From contig OX597815.1 in the NCBI GenBank assembly GCA_951406725.2, forward strand, positions 68,696,001-68,760,000: a stretch of 64,000 nucleotides of DNA, in the 5' to 3' direction. This document shows positions 11,041-25,355 of this stretch, piece by piece. The number at the start of each line of letters is the position of its first letter. The stretch's first letter is position 1. A program made the translations under genes and the position numbers. Under the pieces are notes generated by a model that worked only from the letters and a program-made list of their open reading frames with translations, did not search any database and was not told the DNA's origin. The stretch is from Octopus vulgaris (taxonomy: Eukaryota).

Positions 11041-14000
11041 ATTTGATTGATTCTCTACTCCCTACCTCTTGGTCAATCATGGGGTTGCATATGTATTGTG
11101 TCTTGATATTGCAGTGGCATTCATTTCCAATCTTCCATGAAAACATGTTCAGCCATAGGGAAATATTACCTTGCTTGAAAACAGGTGAGGGTTGGTGACA
11201 GGAAGTATATCTATTTATAGAAAATCTGCCTCAACAAACTTCATATGACTAATGCCAATATGAAAACGTAGACATTAAAAAGACAGTGACGATGACGATG
11301 CACTGAGCTTATGATTACAGGTGAAGATTTTTAAAGGCTGTTTTTAGATCCAGCTCCATATAGATAAACTTAACAGTGGATAGGATGCTAGTCTATCACA
11401 GACATTATTCCCAAATGACCTGGTATTGATTACTAACATTATATGAACTATGACAATGTAGAAGAATTTTGGCCAGAAACATAACAAAATGCCTGCAACA
11501 AGTCTGACATCCCAGTTCATAAGCCAACAATCCAACATTTTATATACTATGCCATCATACCTCTACAAGAGTTACAGAGGAAAAAAAAGTGGTCATCACT
11601 TTCATGTATTTCCCTGTGACCTTAACAAAGTAACTCTGATTCTAAGTGAGAAGTGAAATCAGATTATAAGTCTTTACTTGAGAGTTTATCACTGCACCAC
11701 AGCAATAAGGTCAATATGCAGCTGAACACCATTAAAATTTAAACCAACTTTTCTTAACTATTGATATTTTGAGATATGATAAAGGAAAATATAGTATTCT
11801 ATTACCAACAATAAATATGCAAATAAAACATAATAAATAAAATAAAATGTCAGAGGAATCGTCCAACTTTATCTGTATAATTACATCTTTTATGTTTCTT
11901 TTAATGATTCCTCTAAAGTTATTGAACATCTGCTGTTTCCCCTGAATGATTCCTAAGTAAATACATAAATTAAACAAAAAAAAAATCAACACATTTAATT
12001 CAAACATCAGTGCTTGATTGATATTCAATGTCGATCCTATCATTACAAACACTTAAGTATTTAAACCAGCCATATTCAACCCAAATAGTCCACTTTGTCC
12101 CATGTCCAAACCACATCTGGCTTTGCACACCTACCCTATAATTAGGTATCATTATAGAATGCCATACAATGAAGACAAGCACAGTTTGAACATGCAGAAA
12201 CACACTTTTTGCTTCTTCATTTTCATATCAAAATAAATGTTTTCCAAGGAAAACTATATATCATTTAAAAGTTCTGGATGTGAACTTCCTTTTCATATAG
12301 CTTTACTTAAAACCTGAAAGTTACATATCATGTTAGGGTCCATATCATGTTAGGGTCCCTCAAACACCTTGGTATTTCCATGCATTTACAAAGTTTGTGG
12401 TTTTTTTTTTTTTTGACTGCTGAACATTAGTCCTCATTCTAGTTCAATGCACTCAAGCACCATAACTTGAGTCATGATAAAAATCATACTGTCACGAAGA
12501 GGAAGTTTTTCACTTTATTTTGATAGAAAAATCAATGGGAGTAGGTGAGGTAATTGTTACGAAATATAAAAGTTAACTTTTACTTAGAAAAGGACATATT
12601 TTCTTCAAGATTTTTATATCATAAGCAAAAATATTTCTCACAAATTCAATGTGGTCACTGCTAAATCTGGACACAATATGGTGAAAAAGCACAAAGTCAG
12701 TAAAGAGGGTAGTATACTGATCCTACTTGCCAAACTGATGTATTCGCATGCAATGAGAGGTCAAAGAGAACACAAATCCAAGGCTTCAAATCTTGAGTTT
12801 GAGCCAGAATTTCAAGAACTGGATGAACTAATTACTAAGTAAACATAGCATTTCTAATATGTTAGACTGTCGTATGTCCAAATTTAGCCAAAGCATTTTT
12901 TCAATATTTAATTTTGATTGCAACAGCCAGTTCTTTTGGTCAAACTATTGTATCTCTAGCTGCTGCAGATGCCAAGATATCAAAAATTGTCAAAGAGTAA
13001 TACAATGGTTTTGCTATGGAATGGTGAAACTATTTTTTTGTTTTCTGAAAAAGCAATATTTTGGACTTACGACACTTTTGCATAATAGCAATGATATATT
13101 TCTACTAAAAATCCACTAAACTGAGTTTAATAAGACTTCTACAGTCCAAACGTAGCTTGAAATCATTATATTGAGAATGTAGTTTATTCCTTCTCACTGT
13201 TTTAACATGTTGAGAGCTACTCAGCAAACATAGTGGATATTCTTGTACATGTAAATTTCATTTTTCTTTGAGAAATATTGATCAAATTCCACCAATGAAA
13301 ATTATATTGTACAATGAATATAATTTTGTAGACTATTAAAGTCAGATGTAATGTATTTTTTCTGATGTTGAAAACTGTCGGGATAATTTGTATCAGTGTT
13401 TACATATTCATTTTGGGTTTTTTCTTTCTCTCCTATGAATGAGTTTGCTGTAAGTTAGATATGTTGTTAATGCCTTTAATTTATGTCTTTAATGTTTAAA
13501 GCAAGGAATTAGTTTTTAAATTTTGTTTGATTTTTTTAAATCCAGGTCTACATACAATTCTGAGAAAGGTCAGGTGGTTGTGGAATGTGCTAGAAACAAC
13601 AGCTAAATCTCCCTAAAATCACACATCTTTTCATTTGAAAATATATTCAAAATTGTTTTTACCCATTGCTTTTAAGTGTGTAGTGCAAACAAAATTGGCC
13701 AAAATTGGTCTGGAGGGTGGTGGAAAAAATTATAAACTTCCAAAAATCTATTGTGTTAAAACCTTACCCACCACCCATCATTTCCAAGAATGTAATGCAA
13801 AAAAAAATTGGAAAAATCCCTATCAAAATGAAGAAAATCCAACTCATGTGGGCATCCTGATCTGAAACTCGGCCATTTATACCCCTTTTTAATAGTCCAT
13901 TCAAATTTTATTGAAATGTTATGTTCCAAAATCTCAGGATTTATTTAGTTCTAAACCAACTACAAATGTGCAAAGCTCAAATCCCTGTGACTTGTACTTT

Positions 14001-17000
14001 GGATTTAACTAAGACTGAAAACACTGTGAAATTGACTGTGACATGTAACAAAATAGGCTTTACATAAATATTTTTAAAATTGCCAAAAAAAGGTTTTCTT
14101 TCTAAGAACCTGAAAAAAAAACAGGCAACTGCTATACTATGGTCATTATTAATTTGTGTAATTTGAAAATGATTACCACCTCAGTTTCAAAGATATGACT
14201 TCGCAAATATGGCTAATTATTCAGTCAGGCTAATCAGGCAAGATTTTGATCATTTCGCTAACCATTCAAATTGTCATATTTCCTAAAGTATTCACCCAAA
14301 TTTCACAAATGGGGTATCAAAATGTTTCTTTTTGGGTGTTCTTGAAGAAAGAGTACAATAGAAGTTGCACTTAAATATTTTCAAAAATTCTTGTGATACC
14401 TACTATGATATAAACATTCACATCAGAAAAATCTCTAAGATAATGTGTGATTAATTCAAAACTGTGAATAAATAAGCATTATTTGACAGGTTAACATTGG
14501 TATAAATAGAACAAAAGAAAAACAGTCATCATTCTAGCCGAAACATGTCCAAAAGCTCTATACTTTTTTTAGTCTGAGACCTAAACTAGAGACCCCAAGT
14601 TACATCATCTCAGTCATCATTAGTCAGCAATAACAAACCAAAAGATAATTGATGTACAGTGCAATGTTTGTGACAGATAAAGTGAATGATGATTGATATA
14701 TATAATGCAATATTTATGACACTTATATTGAGTTTACAAATAAACATCATCTGTGACAGTCAAATATATAAAACAATCGTACAAGTTATATATATTAACA
14801 AAGATATTAAGGTCGTGAAGACACAGAGCAGAATAGAGTTGTCACGATCATCATTTTACATCAGCTTTCCATGCTGGTATGGAATGGACAGGTTGTCACG
14901 GTCAGAATCAGCATGTATATACTGCAGTATATAAGCAGTATATACCATCAGAAAAGAAAAAAAAATGTGTAACAAAGTATAGCATAATAAACGACCTTCT
15001 GAGTGGGAGGTCTTCTCACATCTAGGTGAACCCTGAAGGTATGTGCTCTGTAGAAGTGAGTGGGGATAGAAGAAACCAGCCTCTTCTCAAAGAAGCATCA
15101 GTGATAGAAACGAGAAATTATAGTGAAAAGACAAATATGTGATAGAGAGGAGGATTGATAAGAGTATTCAGTATTCTGGGCCAGGTACAGGACTAAGATG
15201 GTATGGCAGAGGTTTACATGCCCCAGAAGAAAGAATGAGGACACAGGTCCAGGATGTGTGGGAGAAAAAGAATAAAAGTATGCTGGCAAATACAATGACA
15301 TAGCATGACGGCAGTCTTCTCCAGTTTAACAAAAACCAGGTGTAATGAGCTGGAGAAGACCCATCCCTCGCAGTGAAATAAGGTCCTGTTAAGTTCCCCA
15401 TCCATCAATCCCCCAACAACTCATCTTCTAACACCCATCCCTTGAGTACAACTCAATCAGGTTCTGTAAATACCATTTATCCCCTTACACTTCACACTGT
15501 ATCCCTAGTACTATCCCTTAACTTCTCCTCCTCCTTGATTCATTCCCTATTTCCTAGACTTCCCCTCCTCCAAACTGATACTTACTGCATCCACCTCAAT
15601 CCTCATCTTTAATCATCTGTTGCACTCCTCTTACACTCTTGTAAACTTATCTATATACACACCCTTTCGATCCCTCTATCCCTATTCTCTCACTTATATT
15701 CACCTTGTACCTTGAGGGTGCACCTACATCATCTCTCTCTTTCCAGCTGAAGAAGCCATATATCCCCTCTTCAGCAAGATACCTATTCCTGTTCCTCTAT
15801 CATACTTTCACCTCCCTCAATATTATACCCCCACTCACTTCAGAGAGCTTGAGAATACTTGGTGACTTCACTGGACCCAGAACCATAGAAAAAGCATCCA
15901 ATATACATTGTAAAGTGGTTGGTATTAGGAAGAACATTCCACTGAAGAAACCATGCCAAAGCAGACAGTGGAGCTATGTGCAGTCTTCTGACTTGTCAGT
16001 TCCTGTCAAACCATCTAACAAGGTTCTCAACCATTGTTTTTAGCTATGGACCCCTTTGATGACAATTTCATTCTGGTGTATTTCAAAAGTCCCTATATTG
16101 TTTTTTTATATGTTTGCTTGTGTACATTTGCAATAGCACTCTCTGAGAGAATGTGTTTCAGTGACTGGAAACAGAGAAAGAAACTTAGTTGTTTCTTGCA
16201 ATAAAAATACATATAAAAGCAAAATTTATCCATGGATTCTTAAAATATTGCTGAGGATCCCCAATTTACTACTTTATAGCATGTATGGACTCCCAAAAGT
16301 CTTATATGGACCTCCAGGGACCTCATATGGACTACTGGTCTAACCCATACCAGCATGAGAAAAGGATATTATACAATGATGGTGATGATGCTCCATGCCT
16401 GTGATTAGTTTGGCTAAGGCTCCTTTCCATCACACTTCTTGCACTTGAAACCACATGATTGTGAAGCAACCTTATTCACCACACAGCCATGCCAGCACCT
16501 ATTGCTTGTATACATAAATCAGGAGATTTTAATCTACATAAGAAATATTAAGAAAAACGATATAAACAACCACCCCCATCCCACAAAACCAAGTGAGAAA
16601 AGAGCTCTGAAGATTATGAGCATTAAATAGAAATAAACTACTTTACACAACCAAAACAAGAAGCTTGAATAGTGGAAAATATGTAATAATTCCACAATTA
16701 ATGTAAGATATATAAAAAAGCATGACCTTGACTTAAAGCAAACAAAGAATATTGTTAAAATGTAGCAACGCTCTATATTTTTTAGTAGTATTCAATGTAG
16801 GTCAAAATACCCTTCTCCTTCAAATACAGTAACTAAATATAATTTAATGAGAAAACTCATAATTTCTTTATTTTCTTTGAATTTTCAAATTTTCATGCTA
16901 TAAACAGATCCCACAGGAGAAATTTTGCCTTAATGAAAAATCAGGGAAACTGAATGATACCATTTATAGGTTTCTTTTATAAAAATTCTTAATGTTATTA

Positions 17001-18824
17001 TTCATTCAACTAGGGTGGCGAGCTGGCAGAATTACCACACCAGACAAAATGTGTAAAGGGCATTTCATCTGTTTTTACATTTTAATTTCAAATTCCTCCA
17101 AGGTCAACTTCACCTTTCATCTTTTTGGAGTCAATAAAATAAGGACCAGTTAACCACTGTGGTCGACTTACCTCCTCCCTCAAAATTACCTGCCTTGTGC
17201 CAAAATTTGAAACCATTATTATTCATTTAATTCCTTTAGAAAGCAATGGAAGTACATTCAGAAGAATTTATAATTATTCGGCCAAGCAATACTAACATAC
17301 TATGTGTGACAAACTAAATTGTTTACTAAACTATCTAAATAGCTTTCTATTTCTAACTAAAATGTTTCTGAAATACACAGGAAGTTTCTGAGGTAATTAA
17401 GAACAAATGATAACATTTTTTTCAAGAAAAATCATTTCAGTAAAATAGGAAATATTCATCATCGTTATCATTTTAACTTCTATTTTTCCACGCTTGCATG
17501 GGTTAGATATGACTACATTTATACTGAGACAGTTTTCTTGACAAGGGTTGGCATCAGGGAGACACCAACTCCAACCTGTTTACAAATGAGGTAATAATTC
17601 CTTTATCTATCAAACAACAAACAGCTCAAAGCTGCTTTCCCAGTGGACTACAAACAAACAACACTGTTTGCTTCTAAGGCCACTATTTACAACCAGCTAG
17701 AAACCCACAAGTGATAAGAGGAAATACAAACTCACTCAATCACATACACAAACACACATACAGATATAGACCAAGTGAACTGAACCAACAAGACTTTTGT
17801 GTCTTGCTAACAGATGTGACATAAACTTGTACACTTTTAGTCAATAGACTTACACTCTCACACATTATCTAACAACATAATGTTGGTGAAACAGATTGAA
17901 TCATTGACTTTTCAGTTAATATATAAATCAGAATATTATCATCATGGGCAGGACAGTTGACAGGAGCCAGCCAGGTAGAAAAACTACCTTAGGCTACTGT
18001 GTGTGTTTTGGTAGGGATTTTACAGTTAGATGCCCTTCCTAACACCAACTACTCTGCAGAGTGGGTTCAGTGCTTTTTACATGGTGCTAGCACAGGTGAG
18101 ATTAGTTTTGGCATGATTTTTACAGCTGGATGCCATTCTAAATGCTAACCACGTTACAGTATGGACTGGATGCTTTTAACATGGCACCAGCACTGGCAGG
18201 GTAACCAAGTAACTCACAAGACAAGAAATTATGAGAGGGGCAGGACATTTGAGAAGGGAAAGTTGTGTCAGATGAAAGGTTAGAGTGTGATAGAAGGAAA
18301 CAGGTGTTTTGCTACAACAGAGGGGGCATTAGATGAGGTCATCCAGTATCAAATAACGAAAGGTTAGAGTGTAACAGAGAAATAGAGAAACAGAAATAGG
18401 TGCCTTGCTATAGAGCAGGTACATGGATACCCACTGAGAGAAAAAGAGAGAAAAGGGATAGTGAAAGAGAGGTACAAGAAAGAGGCCAGAAACAAGTGTG
18501 CTAGTGTAAAGGAAATACTTGGTTACCTAGTCAGAGGAAAAGCAAGAGAAGGGGAGAGAGAGTGACCAAAGGAAAATAGAGAGAGAGAGAGTAGGAAACA
18601 GAAAAAGTGTGAGAGAGAGCAGAAGAGAGATGTAGTGCTAGGGCATACTCACAAGTAACAAGAATATGAGCGTAGAACCTGGTTAGAAAAATAGGATGTG
18701 GGTGTGTGAGGAGCAGCAATACAGTGAGTAGGGCAGTGAGGGCAAAAAAGGGGATTAGAAAACAATCATGAAAAATATGCAGTTAGAAGAGGAGTTGTAG
18801 TTCAATTTCTTAGGGTAGAGTGAG

Positions 18825-19485
18825 TGGACACAACTCTTCTAGCACTCAGTTTCATGGACGGGTCTTCTCTAGAACCTCATATCTCCAAACATCTCAGTCC
18901 ACTGTCATTTCCTCTGTAAGCCCCAACATCCTAAGATCAGTCTTTACCACTTCATCCCATGTCTTCCACATGTACCATCCACTTTCAGTGACAGGCACTT
19001 CTCTGCTGTCTTCACTCATATGCATCATATATCCAAATCAACGCATTCTCCTCTCCTGCACACCACATTTAATCCCTCTTATGCCTAACTTGTCTCTCAA
19101 CACAGCTGTGCTCTGTCAGTCATGCACACTGATGTTGCAAATCCAACGGAACATACTACCTTCATTCCTCTTCAGCCTATGCATGTCCTCCACAGTCAGA
19201 GCCCAAGTCTTACTACGATATAACAGCCGTCTTCATACAAGCATCATACAATCTAGCTTTCACTCCAAGAGAGACTCCTTTTGTTGCCAACAGAGGTAGT
19301 AGTTCTCTGAACTTCCTCCACCTTATTCTTATTCTAGAAACAATACTTTCAGAGCATCCACCACCATTACTAATTTGGTCACCTAAATAGCAGAAACCAT
19401 CTACTACCTCAAGAGAGCCTCCTGCTCTTACTACTTACTGTTCCTGTGCATCTGCCACACATGAAAGTGACCTTATCTGATAATT
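18825..19485 (-). mobile_element. RTE LINE 3' fragment
   Basis: Reverse complement aligns to the RTE C-terminus (DKVTFMCGRC, FCYLGD, RIRIRWRKFREL, MFRWICNISVH). Confidence 0.85.
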
Positions 19486-19605
19486 TTCCCGCGATTCCAG
19501 ACATGGTCAGACATGCTTTCACAGAAGACTGGAAACAAAGGTTGCTGATTGAATGATAGTGATGCTTGTTTACAACTGTCATACCATGACAAGACAAGGG
19601 GACAC

Positions 19606-19636
<31 letters not shown>

Positions 19637-19640
<4 letters not shown>

Positions 19641-20902
19641 ATGTACTGGAAAGTTCATAGGCTGCCTATGAAAGAGTCATAATAGAGCTGAGAAATCATG
19701 TATGCATTAATTTTAACTCTTGTTATTAATAACCATATTGTTTCTTTCAGATTAAACCAGCATCTGACTGTTCAAAGAACACTTCAAAAGTTACTAGTCA
19801 TGACTTCTATTGAAAATGGACAAAATTTAGCATTGTGGTGTTAATAAGTATCAGCAGAAAAAAGGGTTTAGCCTCCAAGAACGTTCATGCTGACATAGTT
19901 GATACATCAAGGGGTGATGCTTTATCAACAGTGCAAAAGTGGAGCAGCTGAATTTATGAGGAGAAGGGAGAGTTCTGAAGATGATTGATCCAAGCCCTGG
20001 ATGTCCTGCAACTGCCACCACCAAGAAAAACACTGATCATGTTGTACCACATGGTGATAGATGACAGGCAATTGACTATAAATCAAACAACCAATGTTGT
20101 TAGCATATCCTTTGATAGAGTTGAGGATATTCTGCACAATGAACTTGGCATGGCAAAGGTTTCTGCCTGGTGGGTGTCATGTCTTCTGACACCTAATCAA
20201 AAGCGCACCAGGCTGATCACATCATGGGAAAATCTGACACTGAGGCTGATCCAGCTGGTTTCCTAGAACATTTCCTAACTCATAATGATTGTTGGCTTCA
20301 TCACTTTGTGCCAGAGACAAAGAGATAATCCAGGCAGTGAAACACCCTCCTCACCTGCTCCGAAGTAGACCATGGTCTTTTCATCTGAAGGGAAGATGGC
20401 CTCAGTTTTTTGAGATGCAAAAGGCATTGTGTTTATTGATTATCTTCAAAAGGGCCACACCATCAATAGAGAGTATTATGCCAACTTGATACAAAAGGTT
20501 ATCAAGACCAAACATCCAGGAAAACTGACACGAGGGGTCTTGTTTCATCTGGACGATGAACACAAGTCCTTGCTTTCAATAACTGCTGTACATGACTGTG
20601 ACTTTGAACTGGTTGATCACCCTTCTTATTCTCTTGATAGGCCTCATCTGACTATCATCAATTCCCCAACATGAAAAACACTTGGCTGGGAACCAGTATC
20701 ACAATGATGATGACATCATATCTGCTGTTGATGACTTTTCCAACCAACAGGATGAAAGCTTCTTCACCAATGGGATTCAAGCACTGCAACACCAATGGAA
20801 AAAGTGTGTAGATCACAAGGAGGACTATGTTGAAAAATAAACCTAATCTGGTCACATTTCATGAGTATCTTCATCAGCCTATTAACTTTTCAGCCAACCC
20901 TC
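19637..20902 (+). mobile_element. Full-length (~1.27 kb) but decayed mariner transposon; transposase pseudogene
   Basis: TIRs ...GGAAAGTTCATAGGCTG / CAGCCTATTAACTTTTCAGCCAACCCTC; ORF pieces ILHNELGMAKVSAWWVSCLLT (WVPHEL-like), FIDYLQKGHTINREYYANL, ELVDHPSYSLD (YSPDL-like), and WKKCVDHKEDYVEK at the end. Confidence 0.92.
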
Positions 20903-21238
20903 AAGTGTGTGTGTGGGTGTGTGTGTGTGTACACAAGACAGGATTCTTTCATCTTCCATCTACCAAATCCACTCACAAGGGTTGAAGTAAAAGACACTTG
21001 CCAAAGTCACCAAGTAGTGGAACTGAACTATAAACCATGTGGTTGGCAAGTAAACCACAGAGCTATGCCTGCACCACTAAACACAATACTGCTTTAATTT
21101 ACCTAACATAAACCACTAAAAGTGATTACCATATTCAAACCAACTTCTTAAATGGACAAACTTGCAACATACAGAATGCAGTTCAGAAAACTAAAGATAT
21201 ATTTGAATTTTGTTTTAGATATGTTTCAATTGATTTAC

Positions 21239-21293
21239 CTTTCTTTTTCTGGAGTTCTTGTACAATTCCACTGTTGTTTTCTTCACATGTTTT
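21239..21293 (-). CDS. GOLM1: GOLM1/GOLM2-like gene, coding exon 2 (55 nt, phase 0 to 1): KTCEENNSGIVQELQKKK
   Basis: Acceptor ttttttttcacag|, donor G|gtaaat; continues the coiled coil in frame from exon 1. Confidence 0.82.
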
Positions 21294-23429
21294 CTGTGAA
21301 AAAAAATTCAAAGCAAAATTTAATATACATATATATCATATTTATTCATGTATAATACACATTGCTTTTTATCAAATATTTAAACCTAAATATTAACCCC
21401 TTTTGAGCCAAAAATACCAAAGTTCTTTTTGTTGAGATTGAATTTGATGGGTGCATGTAGAAAACAAAAGATAAAGTGCCTTAAACTTCTTTATTAGTAT
21501 GTAAAACTATATATTTTATATAGTTTTACATTAAGTCAACTGAAAGACAATCCTTGATAGGTTGCTACACTTCAAAACATTTGTTTCATCAGGTTGATGG
21601 ATTGTCCTCAAAGTTGTTTCAGCTTGTATCATTTGGGTTGATCAAGTGGCCCAGGTGTTGCAAAGAGGGTTAAGGGCACACATTAAACAAGAGAACTAGG
21701 AAAATATAACATTATTGTGACAGTTTACCAATATTTCTTCAGTCAAGTACATTGCCACATTCAGGAAGTTTTTATATCTATTATCTAAACTACCATTATA
21801 ATGTTATATTTCCCAATATTTCTCTAATTATAATATAATAGTCTTTGGCGCAGCTGACAAATGCATGTCCTGTGGAATAACAGCTGCCAGCTTTTAGTAT
21901 GGAAAGCTAGAATATAATACATTGATTATTGTAAGTGATGTTGGTGCCAGTGGCACCCACCCACTACACTCTGGAAGTGGTTGGCATTAGAAAGGGCATC
22001 CAGCCGTAGAAACCATGCCAAATCAGATTGGAACTTGGTGTAGCTCCCTAGCTTACCAGTTTTCAGTCAAACTATCCAACCCATACCAGCATGGAAAATG
22101 GACATTAAATAATGATGATAATATATTTATGATTAACACACTCTTGTTCACTCATCATTGTTTTAATGTCCAATTTTTCATGCTTGCATGTGTTAACTGG
22201 AATTCATTAAGATAAATTTTCTATGGTTGGATACTTTTCCTGTCACCAACCCTCACCTGTTTCCAAGCAAGGTAATATTTCCATGTGTTTTTCACAGAAG
22301 TTTTGACATGAACAACATTGCTTGTATGATGGTGATGCTCATTTACAACATCACATGGTGTCAAGACAAAGGTAGACACACACACACATGGTAGGCTTCT
22401 TACAGCTTCCATCAAGCAAATCCACTCATGATGCTTCAGTCAGTCCAGAGCTACAGTGGAAGACACTTGCTCAAAGGTACCATGCAGTAGGACTGAGCCC
22501 CAAACTATGTGGTTGGGAAGCTAACTTCTTAATGACACAGCAATGCCTGGGCTTATATAATAGAATACTTTTGTTATTTAATGTGATGAATAAATTAATA
22601 AATAATCAATGAGGATAATATATAGATATTTATTTCTGTTCCTATTTCAAGAGATATTGAGTGGATTTCGTAGACAGAAACTGGAAGAAACCCACTATAA
22701 ACAAGGGGAGGGGGACTCTTGTCCTGATGAGCAGCACCCTCACACAAGCAATGTCATTTGTTTCCAGTCTTCTGTGGGAAAATGTCTGGCTATGGGAAAT
22801 ATTACCTTGCTTGGAAACAGGTATGGGTTGGTGACAGAAAGGGCATCCAGCAACAGAAAAATATACCTTAAATTCTGCAGCAAGTATGGAAAAGTGGACA
22901 TTAAATGAATATGATGATGACGACACTTTAAAAAATTAAATGTCAGCTGTCTGTAATCCATCAAGCATTTTTTGCACTCGAGATACTTGGCTTTATCACA
23001 GTTAGTAATATTGTTTTATGTGGTGTTTATTCCTAAGCCATAGAATGCAAACCCTCTCCACTTAAGAACCATTCACCCAGCTGTCTGTTAACAGCAGCAT
23101 TAAGCTATACTTGTGTTACTCTTCTAAGAAGCATAATAATATCATAGCAACTTATGTTCAGACTGGTAAACGTTCAAGTCATCTGTAAAATCACCCAAAC
23201 TATGTACTTATCTGTGTTGAACAGTCAACAAATGAACAAAGTAATTACCATATTTGATAGCATAAAGGACACACAGGCACCCTACCTTCAGCAGTGCATA
23301 TTCAGGAAAAAAAGTTTTTAGTTCATTACAGCATGTAATATAGGTCCAAGTTCATATAAGGACCTGGCAATTGTTTTTAAAGACATTTTTGGGAGAGAAA
23401 AAGTGTCTTATATGCCATCAAAGGCATAT

Positions 23430-23680
23430 GAAGGCATGTGACTTAGTGATTAGGGTATTGGGTTCATGATTGTAAGATTGTGGTTTCAATTCCTGGACTG
23501 GGTGATGTGATGTGTTCTTGAGCAAAACACTTCATTTCACATTGTTCCAGTCCACTCAGCTGGCAAAAATGAGTAGTCCTGTGATGGACCGGCATCCCAT
23601 TCAGGTGCAGAATACATATGCCATGAAAATGGGAAACCAGCCTTTGTAAGCTGGTATGACTCGAGAAGGTAACTTTACTT
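23430..23680 (+). mobile_element. tRNA-derived CORE-type SINE, family C
   Basis: A/B-box-like head followed by TTCTTGAGCAAAACACTTCATTTCACATTGTTCCAGTCCACTCAGCTG; reverse-strand relatives at 25030-25355 and 47905-48205. Confidence 0.7.
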
Positions 23681-25029
23681 TATGCCATCAAATATGGTAA
23701 TAATGCTGAAGCAAACAATTTCTACATTTGAAATTAGGTGTCAGTTTTGCTTACGAGAGCTGGTACAGTTCAAATGCCTTGATCAAAGAGGTAATAAATA
23801 TTACCAGAAAGAGAATATGAATATTAGACCTTTGAGTAAAGAGGCAATCCATTCTTAAAGTAAAATATATCAAGGAAAATCTTACCAACCAAAATCAATG
23901 CCTTGTTGTCATTAGATGAGATGTATATATTTGCTTAAGTATTTATTGAATTATTCATATTATCTTGCTTTTGTGAAAAATACTGCTGCTGATTACAGAT
24001 TTCTTTGTTTGAAGAGTATGAGGGCTTTTATTTTTGATTATTTATTTAGTCAATATACAGTGCAAGATATAAACATCATTACTTTATGTCTGCTTTTCAT
24101 TGCTGAGATAGGTTAGATGGATTTCCCAAGATAGTGTTTTAAGGGTGGAAGTTATCCTTATTGTGAATCCTTTTAGTTATCTATCATGATACACAAGGAT
24201 GTACTGTGCCTATTCTAAAACCAGGACACACACAATAAGTGCAGGATATAAACATGTGTATGTGTGTGTGTATATACAAATGAACGATTCTAATCTTACA
24301 GGCATGTGGGTGCTGGTGTCATGTAAAAAGCATTCATGCCACTGCTGCATAAAAGCACCCTGTACACTCTGTAAAGTGGTTGATGTTAAGAAGAGCATCC
24401 AGCCATAGAAACTATGCCAAACAGACATGGAGCCTGGGCAGCTCTTCAGCTGGCCAGTTACTGCCAAACCGTCCAACCTATGTCAACAAGGAAAAGGGAT
24501 GTTAAATGAGGAGGAAGATGATGATGAAATGTGTGTGTGTGTGTGTGTACATATCATCATCAACATTTAACATCTGTTTTCCATGCTGGCATGTACTGGA
24601 CAATTTGACATGGAGCTGGCCAGCTAGGGAGCTGTCCAGACTCCAATTATCTGTTGTGGCATGGTTTCTACAGCTGGATGCCCTTCCTAATGCCAACCAC
24701 TTTACAGCGTGTGCTGGGTGCTTTTTACATGCCATCAGCATAGCTGCGTTTATGCAGCACCAGCACAAGTGCATTTTATATGGCACTGGTACCTGTAAAG
24801 AACAAGCCTGTATGTGTGAATGTCAGCGATTTTACTTAGCTTGGCGTGTCTTACCAAGTACAGCAAATCGCAATAACTCCCGGTCCCTTGTCATTTCCTC
24901 TTGTTATTATCAAGGGCAATAGATAAACTCCTTTGCAGTATTTATCCTGGTGCTTTACATTCTAAATTCAAATTGTATTAGGGTCAACTTTACTTTCATC
25001 CTTCCAGAGCCAATAAAGTAAAGACACCC

Positions 25030-25355
25030 CCTTCAGTCATGAATAACCATGGGATTGCACTGAGAAAGTTCCCTTCCAAGGCACAAGTCCAGGCAAGATT
25101 GTTTATAGAAGACCAGCAGTCGCCCATGCATACCAACCATCTCCATGCCATCGATGTTATCCAAGGGTAAAACTAAGGCTGATACAGCTTCGAACCAGTG
25201 ATGTCGCAATTCATTTCTACAGCTGAGTGAACTGGAGCAATGAAAAATAAAGTGTCTTGCTCAAGAACACAACACACAGCCCAGTTGGGGAATCAAACTC
25301 ACTACCTCATGATTGTGAGTCCAACACTCTAACCACTGAGCCATGTGCCTTCACG
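25030..25355 (-). mobile_element. tRNA-derived CORE-type SINE, family C
   Basis: Reverse complement begins GAAGGCACATGGCTCAGTGGTTAGAGTGTTGGACTCACAATCATGAGG and has the TTCTTGAGCAAGACACTT core. Confidence 0.75.

Noticed and set aside
14895-15020. Possible solo LTR (TG...CA with TATA-like and AATAAA motifs)
   Set aside because: No target-site duplication and no second copy in the window
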